Numbered from the stretch's first letter, positions 14,201 through 28,140 are shown. The stretch: 64,000 nt of DNA from Paraspadella gotoi (GCA_051294375.1 CM119270.1:6036027-6100026), one strand, 5' to 3'. Translations and numbers: made by a program. Notes: a model not told the origin generated them from the letters alone.

Positions 14201-17200
14201 AACAGACAGAAACATAGAGAAACAAGCAGACAGACAAACTGACATATACCCAGAGTGACTTCCAAACACCACCTTATCGTCATGTACAGACAGACATATC
14301 TGGACAGATTGACACAAACCTGAAAGGCTTAGCCTCCAACGAACTCGTCTTCTCCTCAACGAACTTCTCCAACTCTCCCTTCATCCTCGGCACCGCTTCC
14401 CGGAGTCGCTTCTCCGCCTCCCGGAGGCGACGGCCGTCTTCGGTGCCCGTGGACGTCGTCGTCGCCGTTGTCGTCGTCGTCGTCCTCGCAGCGCATTCCG
14501 CGAAGCGTCTGGTCAAAAAGGCGAGGTGCGTTTGCAGCATCGACGACGCGACGATCGAAGGTCTGAGAGAGTTTCTTCGGAGGACATCGTCGACTGAAGA
14601 CTTGAGGAGGACCTCGTCGGGGTCGGAATCGCTCGTCGGCATCGGTCTTTCGGCAAAGTCCGTCGACGCACCGGCGCCTAACGACTCGACGGCGTCGGTC
14701 AATCGCGTCCTCAACAGGATCCTCTCTTCGGTTCTTTTCGACGAGTCTCTCAGAGACGCGGTCGAATTTTCACAACCACCACCTCCTCCGCCAACCAGTC
14801 TCGAGAACTCTTCGACGATCCTCTCCGCCTCCTCCGCTTCCCACTCCGCCTCTTCTCTTTCGCTTAACCACCCCGAGTCTCCAGCGTCCCTCAAGCGCCT
14901 CGCCAGCGCCGTCAGCACCGACGCTTCCGTCGACAGTCGGCGCCTGAGGACGTCGAGCTTCTCGTCAACCGACGACGACGAAGAAAGAGTCTCGAAGATT
15001 TGTTCTTCCAAGGCCGACCTCCGCAACTCTTCGTCCGCGGCCAGCGCTAACGCGGTCGTCGAGAAGTCGAGTCGGGCATCAACGATGGGCGCGTCGAGGT
15101 CGTCACGAAGGAGGCGGAGGTTGGCCAGGAAATCCTCGACGGACGGAGGCTTCGATGCTGCTGCTGCAGTTGACGAGGCTAACGAGGCTGGTCTCGCCGT
15201 CTTCAGTAGATCCTCGATCGTTCTCGACGCTGTCGTCAACTTGAGCCGTAGCTGCAGAACGTCGGACTCGAGGCCTTCGACGCGAAGCGAAGTGCGTCGC
15301 TGCATCTCGTCCAACGTTTGGTCGCGGTCAAATTGGAGAAAGGTCTTGTCGCGGTCGAAGGCTTCCACGTGGGATTCAAGTTCAGCCTGACGGAGAAGAG
15401 AAAATTGAGTGATTGATCGATTCTATCATTAATTTAATCATTCATGGGTGTCGTTTTTCATTCATTGACTTATTGAAACATTTATTCGTTTATTTATTTA
15501 TTACTTCATTCATTCATTCATTCATTCACCTTCAACCCCGCGTTGCTCCTCTCGAGCTCCTCCAATCCAGACTCAGCTCGCTCCAACTCTTTGTGGAGCC
15601 GGAGAATTTCTTCCTCCGACAGAAGGAGCTTTTGCTCCGCCAGCGACTCTGCTTCGGCGGCGTCGGCAGCATCGGATGCGGCGTCGACGAGCCGTTCCAA
15701 TTTCTCTACGCGCTCCTTCGAGGCGGCCAACTCGGCCGTGAGGGCGGCGCGGTCGTCATCGGATGTTTGACGCTCGGCGTCGATCTCGGATACTTTGGCG
15801 AGAAGATCCTCGATTTCCTGGGATGGAGGATGAAGCATTGCATAAGATGTTGTTATTGCTATCATTGTTGTTTTTTATTGCTTTCTTTGTTTTTATTGTT
15901 ATTCCACCCCATGTCCCCATCCTTCAACAACCCCCGGCAACCCCCACCCCCACCCCCACCCCACTATAAGAACTTAGTAGGGTGGATGACAGAAAATATC
16001 ACAGGGCCTCTCTACCGAGCCAGAACGACTACACTATAAGAGCACCCCAAATCTTCTCACCCTCAACTTCTTCTCCACCGCCGCCTCCTTCTCTCCCTGC
16101 TGATTCCTCAACTGCTCCTTCAAGAATCCGATCTCGTCTTCGCGGCTCCTGACGGCGTCCTTTAGGGCGTCGACGACGTCTTCCTCGGTTGCTCCAGCGG
16201 TCCGCCTGCTCTGCTCCAGCTCGTCTATTCTCGTGTGGAGCCGAAGCATCTCTTCCTCGGCCATCGAGACCTTTTTTTTCCAAGTTGGTAAAAATTATTT
16301 TTAAGTCTTTAGTTTTTATATTGATAAATGTTGTTTTAATTTGTCGAAAATTATGAACTTATTTCTCATGAAAGGAAGAAATTATCGACTGAAAATGAGT
16401 TTTCTCTTAACCGAGTACCCAGACTTACCTGTTACCAAATACACCGATCTTTAATTTCCTCCTTAAAGTTAACCTACCTCATCCATATAAACCTTACCCT
16501 TCTCACCTCCTCCATAATTCTTTCCTCCAACTGTGAAATGATTTCGTTTTTTTCTTCCACGATTTTTCTGACTTCGTCGTCGTCTATTTGTTTGCAGGCG
16601 GCTTCGTCGGCGGCCGTGCGGAGCTGAGGAAAAAGGGAAGGCAGTGACTCTGTCTCTGTCTGTTTGTATCTCTTTTTTTATTTCTCTCTCTATTGTTATC
16701 ACTCTTTTCCCTTTCTCTTTTACTTCTCTCTTTTTTATTCATTTATTCATTTATTTATTCGTTTATTTATTCGTTTATTCATTTTTTTTTCTCTCTTTCT
16801 CACCTTCTCTTCCAAATTCCGCTTCTGCAGAAGGAATTCCGTCCGCTCCTCATTTCGCTTCGCCGTCATCTCCGCGTTGGCGGCGACGAGTTCTTGCGCT
16901 TCTCGACCGGCGTCGACGAGGCGTTGGGAGGAAGAGGCCAACTCCGCCTTCAGATATAAGTAATAAAATGTTTTATTTATTTTTTATTAATTTTATTTAT
17001 TCGTTCACATTGAAGTTTTTCCTTTTTTTTGGTTTATTTTTCTTATTTCTTTTTTTGTTTTATTTCATTGCATTTTTGTTTCGTTTCTTTTTAGTTTCAT
17101 TTCATTATTTCTTTACTTCTGTAATTATTTATTTCTTTTATTTAACACATGTCAGAACTGAACTACAAACAGGCTAGAACTTACCCAATCGGTCAGCCTT

Positions 17201-18597
17201 ACCTTTAGCGTCTCGACCCGATCCAAGACGGCGTCGTAGTCGCTCTCGATGGAATAGAGACGCTGCAGTTCCGTCTGGGAAGGTAAGGTAATGGGTCAGG
17301 ACGCGTCGTGTCGGGAAAGACATTCATTTCGAAACTGAGACTTCAAAAATCATTACTTTATAATTAATGACCAAATCATTACTGTATAATTAATAACCAA
17401 CCTTACTTTTCCCTCCCTCTCCCTTTGCCTCACCTTCTGCTCATCCTCCCTCTCCTCCCTCGCCCTCTCTTCCTCCTCCAATTCCCTCGTCCTCTTCTCC
17501 TTCCTCTTCAACTCCTCCTCCAATCTCCTCATCTCCTTCTCCATCGTCTCCTCCTCTTCTCTCAGCTCCTCCACTTGAGTCTTGAGGTCCTCGACTTCTC
17601 TCCTCGATTCCGACTCTCTTCTCTCCAGATCCTCGAACCGTTTAAGCTTCTCTTTGAGAGAGTGGACCTGAAATATATTTTTTCGGGATGAAATAGGGGT
17701 TTTATTGATAATTTGTTAAATAATAAAATGTTTAATTGATTGATTGGTTGATTGATCTTTTTGGATGACTAATTGATTGATGAATGGTTAATTTACTGCT
17801 GGCTCATGGAGTAGTACAATTCTTTAATTGATTGAGTGATTGATCGAACGTTTGATTTAAAGTTGGAAAGTATTTTAATTAAATTTAATCACTAATTTAC
17901 TTGATTATTTTGATTGAAAGCTTGAAGGTAAATTTTAAAGTTGTTCAATTAAATTTAATCGCTAATTTATTTGATTATTTTTTTCATTTAATGATTGACT
18001 GATTAATTGAATACTAATTTTATCATTAATTCAGATGGATGACTTATTGATTGATTTATTAAGAGATTAAGTGATTAAACGATCTAAGAAATCCTGAAGC
18101 CTCTTCAATTGAATTATAAATTTCTGGCTACGTGTCGCATAAAATTTGAAACTTCTTGACATTCTCAAGACGAACAATGACATTCCCAATGACATTCCCA
18201 AGACGAACAATGACATTCCCAAATCCCCGTCTCCTCCGAACACCTGCAGCCTGTTCAGTTCGCTCCTGCTCCTGTAGTCCTTGATTCTCGGCCGCAAAGC
18301 CTTCATCCTTCCCTCGATCTCGTTCCGTGTCCGAGAGACTTGATCAACGAGGTTCAAGTGGCTCGTCAACATCTCGGGGTCGGCCTCGTCGTCCTCGTCG
18401 TCTTCGTCGTCGTCGACATCGTCGTCGCCCGTCGATCCGCCGCCGCTGCCGCTGCCGCAGCCGCTGAATGTTGCTCGCTTTGACGGGACAGTTGTTGATG
18501 AGCTTTTTTGCAACTGATGGTTGACGAATCTATAGGATATCGGGGATAGTGAAAGAGAGAGAGAGAGAGAGAGAGAGAAGAGAGAGAGATAGAGAGG

Positions 18598-18683
<86 letters not shown>

Positions 18684-18868
18684 AGAGAGAGAGAGAGAGA
18701 GGAGAGAAGAGAAGAGAGAGAGAGAGAAGAGAGAAAAGATAAGAGATAGATGAGAAGAAAAGAGAGAGAGAAGAGAGAGAGAGACGGGACATGAATATGT
18801 GATTCTCGGTGGACAGACGAGTGAATGATCACTACTTTCTATCACGTCAGGTGCGAGAGAGAGAGGAG

Positions 18869-18929
<61 letters not shown>

Positions 18930-21217
18930 AGATAGACGAACATCAATTCGTTTATTATATCTACAACGCCGCGTCATCCCCTACACTCCGACCCCACCTC
19001 AACTCCGCCTCCAACGCCTCGATGATCGACACCTCCGCTTCTGCGCCGGACGTCGACGATCCACTGGTGGAGACGGATTCGGCGTCGGCTGGGCTCCCGG
19101 TGCCGAAAGCGTCCTCCGGGGGACAGAAGTCGGAGTAGGCCGTCAGGGGAGACTTGGATCGTGAGCGGGAGCGGTTCTTGACTCGGGCGCAAGGGGCGCG
19201 GGGTGCGGTGGCCGCGGTGGACGTCTTGGTCGGGTGTTGGGAGAGACCGTCGAGCTTGTCGAGGACCTTGGGATATTGATATGGGGCGTAAGATATTAAT
19301 AATAAATAAATAAATTTAAATTTAAAAACAAATTTAGGGAAAACGTCAATGTATATCGACGACGACGAGAACGACGAGGACGACGACGATGACGACGACG
19401 ACGACGATGATTTGGACATAAGAAAATCGTCGTTAAGAAAAAAAAAATCTGAACGAAAGTATATAAATGTCAACAAAACAACAACAACAAAAACAACGAC
19501 GACGATGACAACAACAACGACGACGCACTTCCGGCTTCTCGAGCGCCGCTTCCGTCGACGCCTCCTGGATGGCACCGGCGTCCTCCTTAAGATTCGTTTT
19601 GGCGCCGAATCGAGGCGAGTCGAGCCCGTGCCAAGAGACGCGCTTGTCGACGCCGCTCGGGCCGGCGCTAGCCGAGGCGGCGCCCTTTGGCGGCGCCATG
19701 ACGCCCTGGACGGACGGAAGGGGTTGTACGGTTAGTGAGAGAGGCAAAGGCGTCGCTGGGAAAGGTTTAAGAAGACGGCCAAGATGACGAAGAAACTCAG
19801 ACGGACAGATTGATCAAAAAACTGATTGAAAAAACTTAGGTGGACAAACTGACAAAGAAACAGAAAAACTTAAACAGACAGACTGACAAAGGAACAGACA
19901 GTTTGAAAAATTGAAAAACTGAAACTAAGAGCCCAATAAAGAAACAGACTGAAGAACAAAGCAGACAGCCTGACCAAAAAAAAAAAAAAAACACTGATAA
20001 ACTCAAACTGACAGACTGACAAAAAACCAGAACGAATGACCGACCGACCGACGCAGAGACAGACGGAACAACTTCGAGAGACCTGATAACCGGCGCCGCC
20101 TTTTCTAAAAGTGACGCCGCCAGCGCCGGCGCCTTCCGAAGGCGGGATCGGTCGAGGCATGGACTTGGCGAACTGGCGCAGTCGTTGAGAAGGAGGTAGT
20201 TGCTGTTGTTGTTGTTGCTGTGGTTGTTGCTGCTGTTGAGTATCGTGTCGGGCATCGATCTCGTCGGCGTCGGGCGTCGTCGCCGACGACGACGGCAACG
20301 ACGACGACGACGACGACTTCATGCACTGAACGATGGATTGGATCCAATTCTTGCGAATTCCCGCCGTCATCGCTGAGAGAAGATAATCGCCGAAGGAGGT
20401 CGTGATGGAGAAGCCGTAGTTTCTGATGGAGAAAGATGGGAGGATGGAGTTAGATGATTGGCTGGTTGGATGCTTGGTTGAGAGGAAATCATTAGAAGAG
20501 AGAAGAGAGAAAGAAACAGCGAGAGAGTCAAGAGACAGAGAGAGAAAATATTAATAGGCCAGGTCTCTGTCCTATGTATAGCTGACAATAAGGCACTGTA
20601 ATACAAATACTACTACTTAAACAACCGTACGCGACGAACAGCAGAGAATATTAGTTACAATATCACCTGACCATCTATTTTTCTAAATAACTTTCGCTTC
20701 TGCATAATAATAGGAAAATAAACGATATTTCGGATGGAAAGAACTGGATTCGAAAATAGAAATCTTCAACACATTTAAAACTTTCAAAATTTGAAGAGGC
20801 TCGAGACTTCGTTGGGCTTTTCTATATATCGCGCCTCTTTCTTCCGATATCTCTCCCCAAAAACCTCATCCATCTCCCCACCCACCATTTCCCACCACCT
20901 CACCTCCCCATCTCCACCTCCCCCACGTGGATGCCCCTGCTGAGGTCGATGACGCCGTCCGCGTCGCCGTCGTCTTCAGCCGTCGCGTCTCTGTAGTATT
21001 TGACCGAAGATCCTCTGAGGACGAACCAGTGTTTCTTCCACTCTTTGTCCGTCGAGCCTGTGGAGGGAGTAGTGAGATAAGGGACGGGTCGGCTAGAAGA
21101 GAGTTTGGTAGATTGCGGGATTTTTTCTTTTATTAGTTGTTACTGTTAGTCAATATGTAGTATGGCAAAAATTAATCGTTTCGTAGGCTTTGTTATCAGT
21201 TTATTAGGCAGGAAGGA

Positions 21218-21265
<48 letters not shown>

Positions 21266-21273
21266 AATAATGA

Positions 21274-21310
<37 letters not shown>

Positions 21311-24300
21311 GGAAGAGAGGTAAGAAAGAAAAGGATGGAAGATAAAAGATACTTTCTAACATGAATTATGAAATTACCTTCATGTTATCCAACCTCGCTA
21401 AATGACCCTACCCACAATCCATTTCCTCTCATTCATAACTTCACCATAACCTCACCCAAACCTACCTTGCATCATGAGCCAGCCTTTCTTCATGTACAGC
21501 AGTTCGTTGAGCAACGTCGCTTCCTTCGTACTACCGAGTTGACTAATGGAGCGACACGCCTCCCGCCGAACGGAATCGATCGACTCCGCTTCCGCCGCTT
21601 CGCCGCTTCCGCCGTTTCCGCTTCTGCCTCCGCCGCCGAATAAACCGCCGGCGCCGCCTCCGCCGCGGTCGCCGCTGGGAATCACGTCGGGCGGAACGAG
21701 CGCTGGGCTGGGGAGACGGGAGGATGGTTTTTGCTGTTGCTGCAGAGGCGGCGTCGGCTGCTGCTGCTGAGAAGGAGCGCTGGGCTGCTGCGACTGCGAA
21801 CGATGAGCGTCGAGATGCGGACGAACGGCGACGGAGGCGCCTTCGGGGAGCGAGGAGCGCCGCGAATCTAGATGTTGCTGCGGTTGAAGACGATGATGCT
21901 GCAAAGGATGTTCTTGCTGAAGATAAGGACGACGTTGCGGTTCGATGTTGTGCGAATTGCTGCGCAGCAAATGTTTCGCCGTTTTGGCGGGAGGTTGGGG
22001 ATCGAGACCGCTGCCGCCGCCGACGCCGCTGCCGACGACAGAGCCGCTCATCGTCCGGTGCCGAGAATCCGATTCGTCGTTGGTCGTCGTCGTCGTCGTT
22101 TTCGTCGTCGCTTTGTTTTCTTTGAGAGATTCGGATCTCGAGAGGGATGTCGGGGGTTTGGAAGGGTCCAGCTGAATTGGGAGGATGGGAGATGGAAGAG
22201 GGCGAGGACAGAGAGAAAACGATGATGAATGAAATTGAGTTAAATTGAGTTAAATTTTAGGTTTAGAATATAGGTTAAGGATTAGGGTACGACATTTGGT
22301 TAGATATTTCCTTTTCGACCTGAGGTCAGAATTACAAAACTAAAAAGCTTAATCTAACCAATGGTGTCATTTTAATAACGCTATTTTTTTAAAACCATAT
22401 TAAACTCGCTGCCAACACCGTTAGCACAATTGTCATTCTTTTATCATCAAAACATCTCATGCGTGTAATCATGCATCACTCCGCTTCATTGACCTGCAAC
22501 GCCATCTGCCCGGAATTCAAGTTGGAAAAGTGTTTGGCCGGCGGGACTTTGGCCAGAGCTTTGTAGAACGGTCGAAGAGGTTTTTGATTTGTTTCGCCCA
22601 CGTTGTTGTTGTTTACGCTGTTGGTGTTGTTGTTGTCGTTGAAGTTGAACGAGTGCTGCGCCCTCAGTTCCGGCTTCGGCTGAAGCTGCGCGGTGCGGGG
22701 CTGCAGCTGTACGGATCCGTCGCTGTCGACCGTGTAGGATCGGGCGCCGAGGTATTTTTTGTAGCTGCTGTTGGGTTTGTTTCTGGGAAGAAAAGAATTT
22801 AATATTGTGGACGAACGCGAGAATGAAAAGAAATGTAATAGTAAGAGAGAGAGAGCAATAAAAAAAAAGCAAAGGAGAGGAAAAGAGAAAAGAAAGAAAT
22901 AAAAACAAAAGGAGAAAAAAAGGAAAAGAAGAAAAAGATAAGGAAAGGAAAGGAAAAGAAAGGAAAGGAAAGGAAAGGAAAGGAAAGGAAAGGAAAGGAA
23001 AGGAAAGGAAAGGAAAGGAAAGGAAAGGAAAGGAAAGGAAAGGAAAGGAAAGGAAAATAAAGGAAAGAAGGAATGAAAATAAGTAGAGAATGAACGGGTA
23101 TAAACTTTTTATAGCCTAATTATTGTCCACTAGAAAATTCAAGAAGTGCAGGTTTTATTTTGGTCATGCGAACAAAATCATAAATCAATTTCTACTCCAA
23201 TTTCTTTCCTCGCCTCACCTCCCGTGCATCCCTTCCTCGTTGGAGGGCAAAGGATTCCTCTGCCCGAGACTGTGAGCGCTTTGACTCCGCTTCGCCCGCT
23301 CCTTGCCCTCCTCCCGGTCCCGTCGCCCCGGCGGACCCTTTCCGAGAATTCGAGGTGCGTGGGCGGAACGAGCCTCGCCTTCGTCGTCGTTGTTTTCGTC
23401 GTCGTTGTTGTTTTCCTCCATCGACGACGGCTTGGGATCTTGGAGTTGCCCGTCGGCGGAGGCCGTCTTCGTCATCGGGGGCCTTTTGTTGCGGGTCTTG
23501 ATGCTTCGCGGGTAAACGGAGAGGACGGCGCGCCATCTTGGGAGGGGGGGGGAGTGTTGCAAGAGGAGGGAAGGGGGTAGGAGTGGAGGAATAGTCAACA
23601 GAGTCAGACACTGTGAAGCGTGAAAACTCTGACACATTATTTTCCCATCCCGCTCAGCAACAGAACCGTCGGGAACAAAAATTTCCTACGGATTTATCAA
23701 CATTATTCAACTTATATTTTGTATTGTTATATTTATCAGTATTTAGGAATACATCCGTAGCGCCGCCAATAACCTCGGCCACCTGTTGATCTCATCGCGG
23801 AAATTGGCCTTGACGTAGACGGTCATCTCCGGGAGATAGACGCCGACGGAAAACTCGTGTCGCGTCAGGGATTCCGCGTCGAAAACGTCGACGCATCGGT
23901 TCATGTCGATTTCGCCCTGCGGAAAATGATATTAATATAAATATAAATATAAATATTATTATTTATTATTTATTAATCAATCAATCGATCGATAAATCAA
24001 TCAATCGATAAATCAATCAATCGAACAATCATTCGATAAATCAATCGATAAATCATTCGATAAATCAATCAATAAATCAATCAATAAATCAATCAATAAA
24101 TAAATTTATAAATCAATAAATTAATTAATGAATGAATGAATGAATCAATCAATCAATTATTCGATAAATCAATTGATAAATCATTCGATAAATCAATCAA
24201 TAAATCAATCTATAAATCAATCAATAAATCAATCAATAAATCAATGAATCTATAAATCAATAAATCAATCAATCATTCAATCAATCAATCATTCGATAAA

Positions 24301-24733
24301 TCATTCGATAAATCATCAATCAATCAATCAAATAATATCTAACATGCTCCGATTCAATTTTGGTGATCAATGTAACAAGAAGTTATTAAATTGATGTCAC
24401 CGATTGGGTGAACCCGAGCGAATCACTCTATCCCTCGACCTGCGGAATGGTGAGCGGATTCTCGTCCACCGAAAAGGTAAGTTCTCCGTCGTCGTAAAGG
24501 ACGAACCAGCGCCGCTGCCATTTCTTGAGCGAGGCCAACTTCTCGAGCTCGAGGTCGACGGGTGCGACGAAGAGGTAACCGCATTTAGTCACTTTGCGGT
24601 CAACTGAAATGTTGGGGGGGGGGAAAGTGGGAGTCGGGGTAGGGGTGGTGGGTGGTGGGTGGTGGGTGGTGGTCGAGTGGTTGGGTTAGGGATGATTGAT
24701 TGAGGAATAATTTGATTGGGGTTAAGTGTTTTT

Positions 24734-24825
<92 letters not shown>

Positions 24826-24847
24826 CAGAGAGAGTGAAGGGGGGAGT

Positions 24848-24882
<35 letters not shown>

Positions 24883-25385
24883 GAGAAAAAAACAGAGACC
24901 TTGTAAAATCTTAGACTGAGAATTAATTTAACGAGCGGTTGAAAACTCTCACAGACTTTCTTTTTAAAGTTCTGAAAAAACTATGGTTTTTTTGGTCCCT
25001 CTTGAAGTAATTCAACAATTTTGAAAAATTTGATCACGCTATCCTTCTTTTTTTTCTCTCGCTCTCGCTCTCTCTCTCTCTCTCTCTTTCTCTCTTTCTC
25101 TCTCGCTCTCTCTCCTTCCATTATTTGTCTAAGATAAGTGGTTCAGTAGTTTAGTTTAGTTTCGCTTACTTCCCTCATTACAGATAATTCCCTCTCGCGT
25201 TTTGTCTTAATTAACTTACAACGGACACACGTGACCTCAAACACAGGCAGACATAAGGTTAAACACAAACAATATTTGTGTCAAGTGAGACTTTGAACCC
25301 TTGAACTTTAGTCGGACACAATAATACAGGAATAATACAGGATCGGAATCAGGGAGAGAGAGAGAGAGGAGAGAGAGAGAGAGGA

Positions 25386-25439
<54 letters not shown>

Positions 25440-26584
25440 CAAGTTAAGGGTTCTCACGTTTTCTTCAAAGTTTTTTTCATTGTCAAAGACATTTTTGGAA
25501 TGCTTTCATTTCTTTTGGGAGGATTTTCCATCTCAAAATAAATGTTTATCTCGGCTTTATCTTTTTGTTCATACAGAGCTTACACAAATAGTTTTTAATA
25601 TAATAAAACTCTCTGGCTCGAGTTTTCAAGCGATTAATTTTCCAACATAAACATGTATTTTGAATGTAGTCTTATTATTTGAAATAGGAATACTTTGCCT
25701 ATGTAATTTTTATGGACATGATATAGAACAAACCACTTTCTTCTCATTGAACGAGACCAATCGCCACGAGAAACAAAGAATTAGAGAATTAATGATAATG
25801 AATGAAATAATGAATTAATGATTAATGATATGATATGATATCATATCCTTTGGCTATGACGGAATGAGCCGAGGAGCGGCGAGAGAACAGCAATCCCATT
25901 TCACGAGCTTGTCATTCACGCGCAGCTTTCGTTACTCAATCCGGCATCACAACAAACGCTGACTAATTTCCATTTCCGTTTCACACGGATAAACTTTCCG
26001 ATTTCGATCCATCTAGTCCGTCCGTCCGTCCGGTGTCAGTTCTAAACATTTTTCTCATTTTTATTTTGTTTTTCTTTATAAACTTTTTTTTAATTTCTGT
26101 CTTTCTTTTCCGCCACGAATTTTTGCGGTGAGGAAACCTGAGTTAAAATCGTTAAAAAAAATCAGATGTTGAGTTTGGTTCGTTTGTTTGTTTATTTTTA
26201 TTCTCTTTCTCGCCTTGTTTTTTTTTTCAGATCGTTATTGTCCAAAATTCTAATCATTCATAAATCACTTTTTTTTAACAGATTTATCATTAACTATGTT
26301 AGTGATATTATTTCTTTTTCTTTCCTTCCTTTTTATTTTTTTACTTTCTTTCCTTCCTTCCATCTTTGGTTGAGACTTTATTTTTCTCTCTTTTTTTATT
26401 TTTCCCTTTTTTTTCCCTTTTTTTTCCATTTCTTTTTCTTTCTGTCTTCTTTGCCTATTTTTTTTTCACCTTTGCTGCTTTCCAAGGCGTCCGACGTGTG
26501 GGCCTCCTTGTTCCTGAAGCAATGTTGACATTTCGCTTTGTTGAAGATGTTGGGGACGAATTTGCGGCATTTGGAGGCGGCCAT
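4545..26584 (-). CDS. MPRIP: Myosin phosphatase Rho-interacting protein / protein outspread homolog (MPRIP/TRIOBP family), ~31 coding exons
   Basis: N-terminus [29 protein letters not shown] matches the MPRIP/osp signature. PH1: [48 protein letters not shown]2: [48 protein letters not shown]. Long coiled-coil C-terminus. Approximate exons: 26584-26470, 24603-24439, 23916-23783, 23536-23219, 22782-22494, 22172-21466, 21057-20904, 20422-20091, 19755-19529, 19267-18997, 18529-18244, 17667-17434, 17274-17203, 16947-16804, 16624-16497, 16270-16061, 15816-15530, 15386-14320, 14102-13877, 13630-13474, 13126-12889, 12547-12307, 11870-11635, 7786-7660, 7311-7160, 6943-6831, 6222-6076, 5991-5848, 5779-5643, 5223-5009, 4845-4545. 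Phases are consistent except at one junction (see findings). Confidence 0.88.
5356..5575 (+). repeat. Partial copy of the ~323-bp dispersed/tandem repeat family
   Basis: AATATAAAAATTATCCATTCATTTAATAAATAAGCTATCTTGCCCCTGACTTTGG...CCCAGAGTACCTGGCTTCCCTATCAATGAAGTGG is near-identical to the copies at 35656-35979, 43831 and 54562. Confidence 0.85.
8790..9965 (-). CDS. Intronless C2H2 zinc-finger protein (391 aa, 8 fingers) nested in an MPRIP intron
   Basis: Complete ATG-to-stop ORF with 8 CxxC-x12-HxxxH fingers (CDVCPF..HLNSH through CDLCRY..HLLSH). Starts MEP like the neighbouring ZNF gene. Confidence 0.9.
   Translation of the reverse strand: MEPAKVKPLDIDNMIFGSAEYGAEMRCDVCPFTATTFDALEQHLNSHEPLSFDDSQNTYSCDLCYFKTAFPQRFATHKASHMSEGAVKRFECKDCNFETIDEGDFEKHRKTHEAKKGKGQSKKTHQGPESIQPECSTSQRPEDDYMVEKYRCTVCEFEAIEYKEFKKHQKKHEPKEDNQTRLGYGCQMCEYVTMDCSNFRRHLLTHQPKEERVGRKKYSCSSCSYETFDGSNFHRHKKVHKPKHLLVPNKKHVCGVCDYQTEDLSNFNRHLIIHQRQRDGSKSANGKRKRFACDLCRYRATSLRHLRKHLLSHELKCESLRMDFNDGGDSVKTEWGDESHFDPAVSGRRRRRQTDGTIEQNYVDSDPVEYKVKQEPVTNEDATLNDTRFEF
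11180..11272 (+). repeat. (TTTC)n microsatellite
   Basis: Direct reading of the sequence. Confidence 0.95.
13660..13865 (+). repeat. (GAAT)n microsatellite, intronic
   Basis: Direct reading; it produces the spurious FIHS-repeat ORFs. Confidence 0.9.
18552..18930 (+). repeat. (AG)n microsatellite tracts, intronic; similar tracts at ~24740-24885, 25354-25434, 28070-28305, 29497-29600, 29847-30092, 53983-54095
   Basis: Direct reading; these produce the spurious ERER/SLSL ORFs. Confidence 0.95.
22940..23060 (+). repeat. (GGAAA)n microsatellite
   Basis: Direct reading of the sequence. Confidence 0.95.
23975..24330 (+). repeat. Degenerate (ATCA/ATAA)n low-complexity repeat, intronic
   Basis: Direct reading of the sequence. 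Confidence 0.85.
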
Positions 26585-28067
26585 CTGAAGAGGAGGCGGG
26601 GAAGGGGGGAGGAGGGGGGGGGGGAGAAAAAAAAGGAAAGGGAGAGGAAATAAGAGATTATAGAGTAAGAAATAATAACAGAAATTAGATGATATGAAGG
26701 AAGGAGAAAAGAGAGAATGTAAAGTTAAAGAGAACCAGAACGGTAATTCCAATGTGTTACGCCGCTGTGATTTTATTTTCACTTATGATATGATATGACA
26801 TGACATGACAGGACATGACTAAAAAACTTTTTTTACTCGTGTATTTATAACACTGGATCAAAAGTTCGTCTTTTATTCTTGATTGTTTAGGATTTCTTGA
26901 AGACCGACGGACAGACATACCGAGGGACCGACAGACCGACCGAAAAGTGACTTATAGAGGCGCAACTAAAAAGGGGGAATTAGTAGTAAGAAATGTGAGG
27001 AGAAGAAAATATTAAAAAAGTAAAAGAAAGAAGATGAGAGGAGGAAGGGGAAGTGATATTGAAGGCGGAGATAGAAATAAAAAAAAAATGGGCGGTTGAA
27101 AAAGGATGGAATTCGAAGAATCGTGGTAGAGACGCCTTCTCAGAATTCACGAGGGCGAGAAAACGCAGCGGGGGGCGGGTGGTGGGAGCGATGGGGGGCG
27201 AGAGTGGGCGATTCGGTGAGAGGGGGTAAGATGAGGGAATGGGGGGTTCTTGAGATTTGGGAGGCGGGGAAGCGAAAGCAGTTGATGTGACGCGAATACG
27301 TGAGAAAAGAGACGAAGAGGGATAAGTTAACGCCAAGTCTGCGGTGAACGAGAGGTCAAAATGAGTGGTGAATGCGATTGGTTAACTCGTGGGAGGATGA
27401 CGTTTCACAGAATGATAAATTATTGACGTGAAGAAAAAAATATTGAAACTTGGTGATATCCTTAACATAACCTTTTTTCAATTTTTTTTTATAAAGAAAA
27501 ACATTTTTTAAAAAAAAATTCTTTCATTTTCAAAAGACAAAAAAAGGAGAAATATAAACAAATTTAATTCTTTTTTACTCAATTTATTTTGCCTTATCAT
27601 TATCAATTCTAAGTAAATGGCGAACGGAACTCGATTCGATTCTTAAAAGGTCAAAAAACTTGTTTTGTGTCTCTTTATTTGTTTTTTCTCTCTTTTTTTT
27701 TCAATATTTTCCTTTAATGGAGAATTTTTAATTTCTGTGCCAAAATTATTCGATTCGTCTTTTTTGCTTTAATTTGAATCCTTTCCAATTTTCAATTTTA
27801 GTTTTATTGAGACAAAAAATGAAGAGAAGTATATATTTTTTTTTGTGGAAGAATTGTCGGGTTGAAAGAAAAAGAGACAAAAATTGTCAATGAAAGAAAA
27901 TATATCTGGAGATTCATAAACTCCCGCTAAAAAAAGAAAAACAAAAGGGCCCGTTTGTTCAAGAGAAAGTTTTAAAGTTATTCGAATGGCCCAACTTATA
28001 AATAAAAACAAAAACAAAGTATTAAAAAATAAAAATCGGAATTTGCAAGAGTATGCTTGCTCTCTCT

Positions 28068-28140
<73 letters not shown>

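Noticed and set aside
14443-15390. 315-aa plus-strand ORF
   Set aside because: Antisense shadow of the large GC-rich MPRIP coiled-coil exon; Ser/Arg-rich with no motif.
18366-18977. SLSL/ERER ORFs here and at 24726, 28022-28432, 29417-30200 and 30703
   Set aside because: Translations of (AG)n microsatellites.
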